Source of the DNA: Methanobacteriota archaeon | Lineage (GTDB): Archaea; Thermoplasmatota; Poseidoniia; Poseidoniales; Thalassarchaeaceae | NCBI GenBank assembly: GCA_028355015.1 | Contig: JAOMRN010000003.1 | Location: 151,740 to 215,739, forward strand | DNA length: 64,000 bases | Reading direction: 5' to 3' | Shown: positions 1 through 9,899 of the stretch, piece by piece | Position numbering within the stretch: the stretch's first letter is position 1 | Layout of the letters: each line of letters starts with the position of its first letter | Notes under the pieces: model-generated | What the model was told of the DNA's origin: nothing | Database searches by the model: none | Seen by the model: only the letters and a program-made list of their open reading frames with translations | Translations under genes and position numbers: made by a program

Positions 1-1899
1 CTTAAGTCATGGGAATTCTTCCTAGATTCATCTGTTCTTTCTATATTTTCTGAATTATTAAAAGGGTCTGCTTTAGGTTTGTTCTGTGGCCTTTTCATAG
101 GTTTCTTATTGCGTGGGTATTACTCTTCACTTTTTGCTATGGTGATGTTCTTATTCAGTTATCGTTTACTTCCACTTTTGTCTGAATCTTCCCCATTCTT
201 TTCACTATCGACAAGTCAAATTTCCTTTTTTATAATTGGTGGTGCTGTCCTAACTTCCTTCTTATTAATTCAGAACAATATTAAAGATTTATCAATCAAT
301 AAGATTTCTAAAGTTAATACTGGTGAATTCGCTTCAGTATTTTCTATATTGGTTTTCATTATTCTATTGTTTAATATTTCTATGGTGCCTATTTTATCTC
401 AAAATCTCATCCCATTCTTGTCAATTATACTTCTATTGAATGTATGTTATTGGTCCTGGGATTTGTCTCAAGAAAGATCTAAACAATCTGTGCAAGAACA
501 ACGTAGTGCAGCGCTTGTATTTATGGTTTCTTTACCTATACTACTTTACTTTCTCTTACGTCTACTATATCTCTTAAATCATCCAGATACAGTGATGAGG
601 AATAGATGGGAGTTAGCTTATGATTTCATGTCTCAGGGCAATACCTTCAAAGTCAATACTTGGCCTTTTGAAGTCACTCCAGGTGCTGATTCAAGATGGC
701 TTTTTTACAAGGCCGCAATACTAAATTCAGCTAGAGTAACTCTTCTAAGTATATTTCTTTGTACGATATTGGGTATAATCGTTGGTGTGACAAGATTGTC
801 ATCGAATAAGTTGGCATCAACTCTAGCAACTGCTTATGTGGAGATTTTCCGTAATCTACCTCTTGCAGTTCTCCTTTTCTTAATCGCGACCCAAATGGGT
901 CACCAATTCCCACTTTTCTCCGAAGAAAAAGCAATCTCAATTTTTAATAAAGATATTATCTATTATAGTAATCAAGGTATTTGGTTTGTAACGGTAGCAG
1001 AACATTTCCGATTATTTGTTGGAATTATCTTTCTCGCTTTCATCAAAATAATTCTAAGGCAAATGGCTAGGGTAGAACCACGAAAAGTTGACGATTCTAA
1101 GAGTTCATTGATTCAAAGGCCATTCTCTCATCTTGGTTGGAGAGTAGAGGCTCTTCTTTCAGATATTTTAGTACTAATTTCAATATTCGCTTTTGTGATT
1201 CTATCCTATCCTTTCTTTACTACTGCATCAGGTGGCCTAGAATGTATCATTGGGTTAAGTTTCCTTCTTTATTCATTATTAGTTTTCACAAATGTAGATG
1301 ATTCTGGTGTTAATGAGATGGTTGTTGATGATTCCTCAGAAGGACTACGTAAATCCTTCACAATATGGACACTATCAATTGCCGTAGCTATAGGTATAGC
1401 AATTTCTGCAGGTTTTTCTTCTCCAGAATTATTGAAACCTTCTTCGTCTCCAGGGTCTTGGAGGTTTGTTGCAGAGAAAGGTTTTGAAATCACTCCAGCA
1501 TTCTCTGCAATGATAATAGGTCTCACACTTTTTACTGCTTCTGTTGTAGCCGAGATTGTCCGCGGTAGTATCCAAGCTCTACCTCGTGGTCAGGTTGAAG
1601 CATCTATTTCTCTAGGCTTAAATCCCTTCCAGAGGTTACGGCTAGTAATTCTTCCCCAAGCACTAAGAAGTATGATTCCATTACTAAATAATCAATTTAT
1701 GAATGTATGGAAAAACTCTAGTTTAGCGATAATAGTAGCATATAATGATATATTTTATCAGTTCCTAGTAATGGCTAATAATGTAGGTAAACTAATACCT
1801 TTATTCCTCCTTCTTTTAGTCACCTATCAGTTTGGAAGCCTAATGATTTCTGCAGTGATGAATTGGTTTAATGCCAGAGTAACGAGTGTGAAAATATGA
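1..1899 (+). CDS. polar amino-acid ABC transporter permease (AapQ/BztB-like), possibly 5'-partial
   Basis: C-terminal permease signature EIVRGSIQALPRGQVEASISLGLNPFQRLRLVILPQALRSMIP. Many TM segments. The frame is open from nt 1, and the first in-window start is TTG at 79. 4-nt overlap with the next permease. Confidence 0.8.
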   Translation, partial: LKSWEFFLDSSVLSIFSELLKGSALGLFCGLFIGFLLRGYYSSLFAMVMFLFSYRLLPLLSESSPFFSLSTSQISFFIIGGAVLTSFLLIQNNIKDLSINKISKVNTGEFASVFSILVFIILLFNISMVPILSQNLIPFLSIILLLNVCYWSWDLSQERSKQSVQEQRSAALVFMVSLPILLYFLLRLLYLLNHPDTVMRNRWELAYDFMSQGNTFKVNTWPFEVTPGADSRWLFYKAAILNSARVTLLSIFLCTILGIIVGVTRLSSNKLASTLATAYVEIFRNLPLAVLLFLIATQMGHQFPLFSEEKAISIFNKDIIYYSNQGIWFVTVAEHFRLFVGIIFLAFIKIILRQMARVEPRKVDDSKSSLIQRPFSHLGWRVEALLSDILVLISIFAFVILSYPFFTTASGGLECIIGLSFLLYSLLVFTNVDDSGVNEMVVDDSSEGLRKSFTIWTLSIAVAIGIAISAGFSSPELLKPSSSPGSWRFVAEKGFEITPAFSAMIIGLTLFTASVVAEIVRGSIQALPRGQVEASISLGLNPFQRLRLVILPQALRSMIPLLNNQFMNVWKNSSLAIIVAYNDIFYQFLVMANNVGKLIPLFLLLLVTYQFGSLMISAVMNWFNARVTSVKI

Positions 1900-3425
1900 T
1901 TCAGGATAAATTACTTGATTTTGAACATTCAGTTGTTGGTAAGCCTGGACTGTCTCTGTATAAAGATCCAAAATTTAATATCAATTCATCATATTTCTCG
2001 ATTGTAATCGCAATAATTGTATCCGGTGTTTCATTTTTTGATAATTTATCTGCAGAGGGTACTTCAATTAAGGCTTTAATTTTCATTACTCTTGTATCAT
2101 TAGCTACATTTTTAGCCTTTTATCTGACTATTGTATCCGTAGTAAAATTAACATTCAGAAAGAGTCCGAGTACTGCAATTTTAGGCGTACTAAGTTCTTG
2201 GATAATTTATCAAGTGATCAAAGGTTTCGGCCATTTCGCACTTATTGAAGCAGAATGGGAAGTAGTTTGGGCTAATCGAGTTCTTGTAATAGTTGGGCAA
2301 TTGATGACTGAAAGCTTGACTCAATCATATCTTCCTAATCAAAGTTGGAGACTTTGGTCTATACTTTATCTGACATTTATAATTATATCTGCCGCATATG
2401 GTACTACCAGTGATAAACCATATAAATTCTTAATTCCGTTCACAATATTCACTTCAATATTGACATATATTGCATGGAATCCTACTGCCGTTAATTATGA
2501 TACAGATGAGCCAGTTATGAAACTAATAGGTGCTACAGTATTATCGTACATTTCATTTGGTTTATCTCATTACTATTGTTCCATCAATGAGGAATACATT
2601 GCCAACAAGTTACGTTCATATCTTGCTCTAAGTTCAGTGTTTTTATTCTTCTTTGCAATTTTCATTATGAACCCTCCAGAGTCGGTTCAGAATTTATGTG
2701 CAGATATATTCGGTATTTCAGCCTCCGAAAATATCCAGTTAACCCGCTGCGGAGGGGTTGAAGCATCTCAGTGGGGTGGTATTTTCGTCAATCTTATTGT
2801 GGCAACTGCAGGTTGTGTACTAGGTTTTGCAGTTGGTGTAGTGCTTGCATTTGGAAGACAAAGTAAACTTCCATTTTTCAAATATCCTGCCGTGGCTCTA
2901 ATTGAAACAGTTCGTTCAGGACCACTAATTTGCTGGCTATATTTCGCAGTATTCTTACTTCCAGATATAATCGATCCTTTCATGGATATAGAGGATATAA
3001 TACGTATGCTATTGATATTCGGACTGTTCGGTGGTTGCTATATCGCAGAAGTTCTTCGTGGTGGATTACAGGCTGTAGATAGCGGACAGAAAGAAGCAGC
3101 ATTAGCACTAGGTTTATCTCCAATTCAGACCAAATTACAAGTAGAATTACCAAATGCAGTTCGTACTACTTTACCTTCAATAGTGAGTGTATTTATTGGA
3201 TTGTGGAAAGATACTACCCTATTATTCATTATCAATATTTTAGATTTCTTTAAGTTGGCTAAAGATCTTCCAAATACGTCCCCTGGATATCTTGGCGACT
3301 TCCTAGAACCTTTGTATGTAACAGCGTTAGTATTTTGGATATTCGCATTCTATCTTTCTAGAATCTCTATGAGAATTGAGAAAGGATTGGGATTAACAAA
3401 TGAAGGAGGAGGAGAAGCAGCATGA
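1896..3425 (+). CDS. polar amino-acid ABC transporter permease (AapM/BztC-like)
   Basis: Signature [45 protein letters not shown]. Multi-TM. Overlaps both neighbours by 4 nt. Confidence 0.85.
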   Translation: MIQDKLLDFEHSVVGKPGLSLYKDPKFNINSSYFSIVIAIIVSGVSFFDNLSAEGTSIKALIFITLVSLATFLAFYLTIVSVVKLTFRKSPSTAILGVLSSWIIYQVIKGFGHFALIEAEWEVVWANRVLVIVGQLMTESLTQSYLPNQSWRLWSILYLTFIIISAAYGTTSDKPYKFLIPFTIFTSILTYIAWNPTAVNYDTDEPVMKLIGATVLSYISFGLSHYYCSINEEYIANKLRSYLALSSVFLFFFAIFIMNPPESVQNLCADIFGISASENIQLTRCGGVEASQWGGIFVNLIVATAGCVLGFAVGVVLAFGRQSKLPFFKYPAVALIETVRSGPLICWLYFAVFLLPDIIDPFMDIEDIIRMLLIFGLFGGCYIAEVLRGGLQAVDSGQKEAALALGLSPIQTKLQVELPNAVRTTLPSIVSVFIGLWKDTTLLFIINILDFFKLAKDLPNTSPGYLGDFLEPLYVTALVFWIFAFYLSRISMRIEKGLGLTNEGGGEAA

Positions 3426-4174
3426 GCCAATTAAGTGATGAAGTAATTATAGAAACAAAAGGTGTGAAAGTTAATTTTGGAGACTTTTGGGCATTAAAAG
3501 GAATTGATATGAAGGTTACAAGAGGTGAAATAATAGTTGTTCTCGGCCCCTCTGGTTCTGGTAAATCTACATTTATTAGAACATTAAATCGACTTCAACC
3601 CCATAGTGCAGGTACAATTCAGATAGATGGTGTGACAATAGACGATGATACTACCGTTTCTGATCTTAAGAAAATTAGATCAGAGGTAGGTTTTGTGTTT
3701 CAACAGTTCAATTTATTCCCTCATCTGACTATAATGGAGAATATTACATTGGCTCCAATGAAAGTGAAGGGTATTTCAAAGAAAGAGGCGGAAACTAAAG
3801 CTTTGGAATTACTTGCTCGTGTTGGAATTCCTGAACAGGCTTACAAGTATCCAAGCGGCCTTTCAGGAGGTCAACAACAACGTGTCGCTATTGCTAGAGC
3901 ATTGGCTATGGATCCTAAAATCATGCTATTCGATGAACCGACTTCAGCCTTAGATCCAGAAATGATTAAAGAAGTATTAGACGTAATGGTAGATTTAGCC
4001 AGAGAAGATGTTACTATGATAGTAGTAACTCACGAAATGGGTTTTGCCAAAGAAGTTGCAGATCGTGTAATATTATTTGATGAAGGTATGTTAATTGAAG
4101 AAAACACTCCAGACATATTCTTCGATAATCCCGAGCATGAAAGAACGAAATTATTCTTAGAACAAATTCTTTGA
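3422..4174 (+). CDS. amino-acid ABC transporter ATP-binding protein
   Basis: Walker [13 protein letters not shown] signature LSGGQQQR, Walker [12 protein letters not shown]. 250 aa, GlnQ/AapP-like. Confidence 0.95.
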   Translation: MSQLSDEVIIETKGVKVNFGDFWALKGIDMKVTRGEIIVVLGPSGSGKSTFIRTLNRLQPHSAGTIQIDGVTIDDDTTVSDLKKIRSEVGFVFQQFNLFPHLTIMENITLAPMKVKGISKKEAETKALELLARVGIPEQAYKYPSGLSGGQQQRVAIARALAMDPKIMLFDEPTSALDPEMIKEVLDVMVDLAREDVTMIVVTHEMGFAKEVADRVILFDEGMLIEENTPDIFFDNPEHERTKLFLEQIL

Positions 4175-5065
4175 TCAGGCATCTATCCAATATGCAACTC
4201 GATCATATATCGTACTTCTGAAAGTCAATAATTTCAAAGTAGGCCCGTCTAAGCTTACTGAGATTGTTGCTCCTCTGGTGAAATGTGTTTCATCCCATCC
4301 ATCTGCAACTACATATCCTCTGTGCATATCACTGGTAAAAGTTGTTTTCTGGTTAGTCCAGGCCCAATAAGTCCCATCTTCTCTTCTATCATTACGCGGT
4401 AAGTCTCTTGAGACAAATAAATAGTGATTGTCAATTTCTGTCTCTGGAAATGTGACACCTTCTATATTGTTGATATGTCTGTACCAAGCGCCCTGTCCAA
4501 GGAATGTAGAAAACAAACATCCGGAGGAATATTGGATGCAATCAATTCCCTCATTTTTGTCATCCTTATCTCTTTGTAGTCTATATTTCGAGGGTTGATA
4601 TTGGTGAGTGTTAGCCAGTAATAAATCATTTAATGCGGGGTCAGAGCGAATAATATTACCACTGGTAGTTACAATTTCTGCCTGTAATCTTGGTAAAATA
4701 TTAATGATTGATTTACCATCGAGGGCTGTTCGAATATCTTCTTTGAAGTTATTAGGGTCACTACCCATGTAGAATCCATATGATCCATCATTATCAAGCT
4801 CTCTTGGATGGCTGTTAACGCCCATTACCGGTGTATCTTCATCTACTGAATGGGCGATCGATGTTAAAGTTCCATCTCCTCCTAACACTATAACTAAGTC
4901 TCGATTAATAAAATCAGAGCGGCTAACCTTCTCTCTCGCCGAATAATCTAGACTGATATCCATTTCTTTGCTCAATAATTCAAGGGTACTTCTTACTTCA
5001 TTCAATGCTTTATCATGGACATCTTCGAAATTTTTCTTATACACAACCAATATGTTCCTTGACAC
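4175..5065 (-). CDS. NAD kinase family protein (divergent)
   Basis: GGDGT motif (VIVLGGDGTLTS), ALNDLLL, and a YSSGCLFSTFLGQGAWY region resembling the NAD kinase STxxGSTAY block. The C-terminal part is atypical. Confidence 0.6.
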   Translation of the reverse strand: MSRNILVVYKKNFEDVHDKALNEVRSTLELLSKEMDISLDYSAREKVSRSDFINRDLVIVLGGDGTLTSIAHSVDEDTPVMGVNSHPRELDNDGSYGFYMGSDPNNFKEDIRTALDGKSIINILPRLQAEIVTTSGNIIRSDPALNDLLLANTHQYQPSKYRLQRDKDDKNEGIDCIQYSSGCLFSTFLGQGAWYRHINNIEGVTFPETEIDNHYLFVSRDLPRNDRREDGTYWAWTNQKTTFTSDMHRGYVVADGWDETHFTRGATISVSLDGPTLKLLTFRSTIYDRVAYWIDA

Positions 5066-5190
5066 AGTAGGGCAACCTCCTTCGATTGCTCGTCATTAGG
5101 CATCGCATATAGCAACAACGTTCCTGTAATCGAGAAATATTTCATCATATATTCAATAATCTCTTGACTGATTAACTGTCGCAGTCAATC

Positions 5191-6246
5191 ATGAGAGTTG
5201 CGTTGATAAGCCTAATTCTTTTTTCTTCAGCCCTATCTGGGTGTCTTGAAGTACCATCAGATTCATGTGAGGGGGACGAATGCTTTCCTCTTTCATCCGA
5301 TGAACTAAATTCATTACTAGCATTTCCGAATTCTTTCAATGTTCTCAAACTATCAGATGAATACGAGGTGCTTAGGATTGAAACATCTTCTGTGGTAGAA
5401 ATACAAAATCAGAGGGTTTCAATTGATTGGGGTGTTGGTAAAGACGATATGAAAAACCTTAGTTCGATAGCATTAAGGTATAGTATTGCCAATTCTGCGG
5501 TAGATACTGAAGTAATTGAAGGTTCGAAAATCACAAATGTGAGGTTGGGGAATATTTGGTATGAAGGTCGAGACGCATCGCCAGAATATAATGATCCATT
5601 CTATGAAATAGCTCGACTTTCTAGTGAAGACCCGGATGGTCTTTGGCCACCATTTTCTTTTGATACTACTAAATTTTCTAATATTGATTGGCAAATAACT
5701 GGTGACACATTATCTCTTCAGCAAGTAGCTACTGGGACTAATGGTACTCATACAATAATTCTTGAATTAAGAGGAGCCCCTCCAATGATAATGGGGATAG
5801 AAATTTATGATGGTGAAGGTACTGATTTCTCACTATCAATTGATATTGGCGATTCAGCAATAATAGAACTAAAAGATAATCTTCCAAGAACTCCAATACA
5901 GTTTATACCTGTGAATATTTCTATTATTAATGATAATGGGATTAAAACTTGGTCTGATATAATTCCCGATGGTATATCTGAAGTAGAACCTTTAGAACTT
6001 GAATTTCATGCTAGAATAGGTTCGCTAAATAGTTCTGAATCGTTAGCATCTATGAATTTCAATGATGTCATCTCAAATACTACAATTGATGATGGCACTT
6101 GGTGGGAATTTTATTGGATGGATGTAGATTTAGATAATTTGGTATCGAGTGGAGATTTCTATAATGTTCGAACAAATTCAACCGCAGATGTCACCATTTC
6201 AGTATTTGATATATGGGCTAATATATGGACTGATGATTTATTCTAA
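5191..6246 (+). CDS. hypothetical secreted protein or lipoprotein
   Basis: N-terminal signal peptide with a lipobox-like LSGC. No recognisable domain. Confidence 0.5.
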   Translation: MRVALISLILFSSALSGCLEVPSDSCEGDECFPLSSDELNSLLAFPNSFNVLKLSDEYEVLRIETSSVVEIQNQRVSIDWGVGKDDMKNLSSIALRYSIANSAVDTEVIEGSKITNVRLGNIWYEGRDASPEYNDPFYEIARLSSEDPDGLWPPFSFDTTKFSNIDWQITGDTLSLQQVATGTNGTHTIILELRGAPPMIMGIEIYDGEGTDFSLSIDIGDSAIIELKDNLPRTPIQFIPVNISIINDNGIKTWSDIIPDGISEVEPLELEFHARIGSLNSSESLASMNFNDVISNTTIDDGTWWEFYWMDVDLDNLVSSGDFYNVRTNSTADVTISVFDIWANIWTDDLF

Positions 6247-6298
6247 TTCACAAATCTACAGGGGCACATTCAAACACCTTACATTTTAAGCAGTAGTT

Positions 6299-8068
6299 AT
6301 GGAGAACGCCAGTCATCCCCTGAGACGTCTTCTATCACATCTGAAACATCATCAACTAACAGTTATTTTAGCCTCCTTATGTTCAATTTTGAACAAATTT
6401 TGGGATCTCGCACCCCCTATACTGATTGGAATGGCCATTGACGTGGTAGTTCAGCGAGAGGAGTCATTTTTAGCAAGTTATGGGTACCCGGATCCACATC
6501 AGCAATTTCTGATTTTAGTTGGTATCACAGTCATTATCTGGGTACTAGAATCCTTATTCGAATATTGGTGGGGGATTTTATGGCGTAATCTTGCTCAAAC
6601 TGCTCAGCACGAATTAAGGATGGATGCTTACAATCATATTCAAAATTTGGAAATGCAATGGTTTTCAGAGCAGTCTACAGGTGGTTTAATGTCTGTTTTA
6701 AATGATGATGTTAATCAGTTGGAAAGGTTTCTAGATCAGGGTGCTAATGATTTGCTACAACTGGCAACTACAATTACTGTAGTGGGTACTATAATGTTTA
6801 TTTTAGCGCCTGAAGTTGCTTTATTAGCAGTAATACCAGTTCCAATTATTGTCATAGGCTCATTTATTTTCCAAAGAAGAATTGGGGTAAGGTACAAAAA
6901 AGTCCGAGAAGAAGTGGGTGAATTAAATTCTTTATTGAATAATAATCTCCAAGGAATAACTACAATCAAATCTTTTACAGCTGAAAGTAGAGAATCTGAG
7001 CGTGTTGGAATAGCATCTGAGTCATATAGGGATGCCAATAGAGACGCCATTCGTCTTTCCGCTTCCTTTGTTCCATTAATTCGCATGGCAATACTATTTG
7101 CATTTACTGCGAATATGCTTGTAGGTGGATGGATGGCATTAGATGGTGAATTAGACGTAGGTGCATATGCGATAATTGTATTTATCACTCAGAGACTACT
7201 TTGGCCTCTCACAAGGCTTGGACAAACCTTTGATTTGTATCAAAGAGCAATGGCTTCCACTACTAGAGTTCTAGATTTAGTAGATACAGACATTGGTATA
7301 GTTGAGGGAGATAAGATTTTATCAGATATTCAAGGAAGAATAACCTTCAATGAATTAAAATTCACTTATCCTGGGCGAGAATCAGTACTCAAAGATATAA
7401 ATTTTGAAATTCAAGAAGGAACAACGGTTGGATTAGTAGGTTCCACCGGTTCTGGAAAAACCACACTAACACGTCTTTTGATGAGATTCCATGACCCTCT
7501 ATCTGGGACTTTAGAGATTGATGGAATTAATATTAGAGATCTAAAACTTGAATCACTTAGAGGGGCTATTGCTCTAGTTTCTCAGAACACGACTCTTTTC
7601 CCTGGTACAGTTCGAGAGAATATCGCTTATGGGAATCCAGATGCAACCTTAGAACAGATAGACTATGCAGCAGGTATTGCTGAAGCCACAATTTTCATTT
7701 CAGAGTTACCAGAGGGTATGGGAACGAATATTGGTGAAGATGGACACAAATTATCAGGTGGTCAAAGACAGAGGCTAGCAATTGCTAGAGCGGTTTTGAA
7801 AAATGCGCCAATTCTTATTCTTGATGAAGCCACTAGTAATGTGGATAATGAGACAGAGGCTGCATTACAGCGCTCAATAGAAAAAATCTCAGTAGGCCGT
7901 ACTACTTTGATTATTGCTCATCGTTTATCGACAATAAGGAATGCTGATACTATAATTGTATTAGACGCTGGCTCGATATCTGAAGTGGGTAATCATGACG
8001 AATTAATTTTGAATAATGGTATTTATTCGCGGTTATGGGCAGTTCAAACAGGAGAAGTGGAAAAATGA
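6299..8068 (+). CDS. ABC exporter, fused permease/ATPase (MsbA/MdlB-like)
   Basis: Six-TM N-terminal domain followed by GSTGSGKTT, LSGGQRQRLAIARA and LILDEATSNVD. Confidence 0.9.
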   Translation: MENASHPLRRLLSHLKHHQLTVILASLCSILNKFWDLAPPILIGMAIDVVVQREESFLASYGYPDPHQQFLILVGITVIIWVLESLFEYWWGILWRNLAQTAQHELRMDAYNHIQNLEMQWFSEQSTGGLMSVLNDDVNQLERFLDQGANDLLQLATTITVVGTIMFILAPEVALLAVIPVPIIVIGSFIFQRRIGVRYKKVREEVGELNSLLNNNLQGITTIKSFTAESRESERVGIASESYRDANRDAIRLSASFVPLIRMAILFAFTANMLVGGWMALDGELDVGAYAIIVFITQRLLWPLTRLGQTFDLYQRAMASTTRVLDLVDTDIGIVEGDKILSDIQGRITFNELKFTYPGRESVLKDINFEIQEGTTVGLVGSTGSGKTTLTRLLMRFHDPLSGTLEIDGINIRDLKLESLRGAIALVSQNTTLFPGTVRENIAYGNPDATLEQIDYAAGIAEATIFISELPEGMGTNIGEDGHKLSGGQRQRLAIARAVLKNAPILILDEATSNVDNETEAALQRSIEKISVGRTTLIIAHRLSTIRNADTIIVLDAGSISEVGNHDELILNNGIYSRLWAVQTGEVEK

Positions 8069-8502
8069 AAGATGAGAATTTCGGCAATCAAAATTATACT
8101 CCTGCTATGAAATTATCAGGAGTATGTGATTCACTAGGAGTCGTTGGAACAAAGTTTGGTAATGGGGAATGTTCTGTGACTTGTACTGTGTCTAATAATC
8201 ATCTTAATGCAGGTGGCGTTGCTCATGGAGGTTTACATTCTACAATGCTTGATACTGCTCTTGGGGGTGCACTCGTATCAATGATCAACAAAGAAGAATG
8301 GTGTGCTACAGCACAATTAGATATTTCATTTCTAAACGCTGCGAATGTAGGTGATATATTGGTTGCAGAGGGGAAAGTCCTGCGCCGAGGAAAAAACTTG
8401 GCTCATTGTGACGGGATTTTATCTAATCAAGATGGTAAAATTATTGCTACTGCGAAAGGAACTTGGGCTATATGGGCATCTAAACCAAGTAGTCTGTCCT
8501 GA
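8065..8502 (+). CDS. PaaI-family hotdog-fold thioesterase
   Basis: GGVAHGGLHSTMLDTALGGA motif. The ATG at 8065 overlaps the upstream stop as ATGA, so I prefer it to the track start at 8035. Confidence 0.75.
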   Translation: MKDENFGNQNYTPAMKLSGVCDSLGVVGTKFGNGECSVTCTVSNNHLNAGGVAHGGLHSTMLDTALGGALVSMINKEEWCATAQLDISFLNAANVGDILVAEGKVLRRGKNLAHCDGILSNQDGKIIATAKGTWAIWASKPSSLS

Positions 8503-8503
8503 G

Positions 8504-8510
8504 TTTTTTT
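8504..8510 (+). terminator. oligo-T tract (T7) directly after the thioesterase stop
   Basis: tga g ttttttt. Archaeal terminators are typically oligo-T. Confidence 0.35.
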
Positions 8511-8562
8511 ATCCGAGTGCAGGGAAAGGATTGATTTCACGTCACCCTCTCCGAGTATTCAC

Positions 8563-8892
8563 ATGGCACGGATTGACTCATTGATTTTGGTTATGCTCGG
8601 ACTTGCTCAAATCCTTATTGGTAACTCAATAGCTCTCGAATTTCTTGCAGTATTGTTACAAGGTACCGGTGGAGGAACTATTGTAATGGCGATATACTTC
8701 CTTATTTTCTTATCGAAGCACCAGAAAGAATTTGATGGGGCATATTCTAAATTGGAAAAAACGACCCTAATTAGAGACGAAAGTGGAGAATTAGCATTTC
8801 AAGATGCTAATACTGTGGTCACCAAAGTAATTTGGTACATCATACCAGTTGGTTTGACAATAGTTGGAGCTATTGTCTGGTTAGCAAGTTAA
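8563..8892 (+). CDS. hypothetical small membrane protein
   Basis: About three predicted TM helices. No recognisable motif. Confidence 0.45.
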   Translation: MARIDSLILVMLGLAQILIGNSIALEFLAVLLQGTGGGTIVMAIYFLIFLSKHQKEFDGAYSKLEKTTLIRDESGELAFQDANTVVTKVIWYIIPVGLTIVGAIVWLAS

Positions 8893-8899
8893 TGGTTAG

Positions 8900-9157
8900 G
8901 TGCTTACGATGTCGGGCCGAAAGAAAGGCTTTCCTGACTTAGTCGATAACGCAATTGATAATCCTGCCTTCGAATTATTTGGAGGTTATCACATCTTTTT
9001 GAGAAGATTAATTATTCCTCTTCTCATTGCAATCCTTGCAATTCTACTCTATGACTTAACTAATCACAAGTTTTTATCAGCAATCTTAACTGGTCTTGCA
9101 GTTGGGCCTATATTTAATTTAGAGAGATTTGTGGCTGAGAGAAAACAGCGTAAATAA
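8900..9157 (+). CDS. hypothetical small membrane protein
   Basis: GTG start at 8900 or ATG at 8909. Two hydrophobic helices. Confidence 0.4.
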   Translation: MLTMSGRKKGFPDLVDNAIDNPAFELFGGYHIFLRRLIIPLLIAILAILLYDLTNHKFLSAILTGLAVGPIFNLERFVAERKQRK

Positions 9158-9218
9158 ACATAATTTTCATCTAATGTCGCCGAAGAGGTGAAATGTATGT
9201 CTTATCCTAGAGGTATAC

Positions 9219-9821
9219 ATGGCATCCCTTGCAGACTTTGATTTACTTTCTTTTGTTGGTTACGATGGAGGGGGCGGATTAGAGTTAATTTTCGCATCTT
9301 CTGCAGTTTTAGGTGGGGTGCTTTTCCTTCTTTGGTTCGCTTTAATGATGATTGGAGGGATAGCTGCTGATGTATTCGATGGAATATTCGGTACTGATTT
9401 CGACGCCATGGGTGCTGATGCGTCGTTCAAAGCCCTAACGTTCCAAGGAATAATGGCTTTCATGATGTTCTTTGGTCTTGGCGGACTGTACGTATTAGAA
9501 GGTGATTCTGATCAAACGTCATTAGCAATAGTAGTTGGTTCATTGACAGGTTTTGCTTCGATGTATGGCACAGGCAAGTTATTCCAATTATTTGTTTCAT
9601 TACAATCTGATGGGACTATCGATATGGATGATTCAATAGGTTCGGTCGGAACTGTCTATCTACGGATACCAGAAGGTGGAGTTGGCCAAATCCAGGTGGA
9701 ATCGGGAAATGCGATGAGGACATACAATGCAAAAACAGAAGATGGACAAGGAATGGCAACTGGTGAATTCGCGGAAGTCATAGATGTAATTTCTTCAACT
9801 CTCATAGTGAAGAGAAAGTAA
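9219..9821 (+). CDS. NfeD/YqiJ-like membrane protein
   Basis: N-terminal TM helices plus a C-terminal OB-like segment, GSVGTVYLRIPEGGVGQIQVESGNAMRTYNAK...GEFAEVIDV. Lies immediately upstream of the flotillin gene. Confidence 0.7.
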   Translation: MASLADFDLLSFVGYDGGGGLELIFASSAVLGGVLFLLWFALMMIGGIAADVFDGIFGTDFDAMGADASFKALTFQGIMAFMMFFGLGGLYVLEGDSDQTSLAIVVGSLTGFASMYGTGKLFQLFVSLQSDGTIDMDDSIGSVGTVYLRIPEGGVGQIQVESGNAMRTYNAKTEDGQGMATGEFAEVIDVISSTLIVKRK

Positions 9822-9899
9822 TTATCGTTTCTATTTTTCAGACGATGCAGGCAAAGACTTCATGACCTAGTTATGTTTCAAACGATATGAGTTGAAACA

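Noticed and set aside
5164-5188. 7-bp inverted repeat (ttgactg/cagtcaa) abutting the lipoprotein start codon, and a similar one at 9875-9898 before the flotillin gene
   Set aside because: The stems are too short and AT-rich to distinguish from chance without conservation data.
6736-7188. 150-aa minus-strand ORF
   Set aside because: It is antisense to the ABC exporter TM domain. It is a shadow ORF.
8035-8064. Upstream extension of the thioesterase ORF
   Set aside because: It lies inside the ABC exporter gene. The ATG at 8065 gives a typical ATGA-coupled start.
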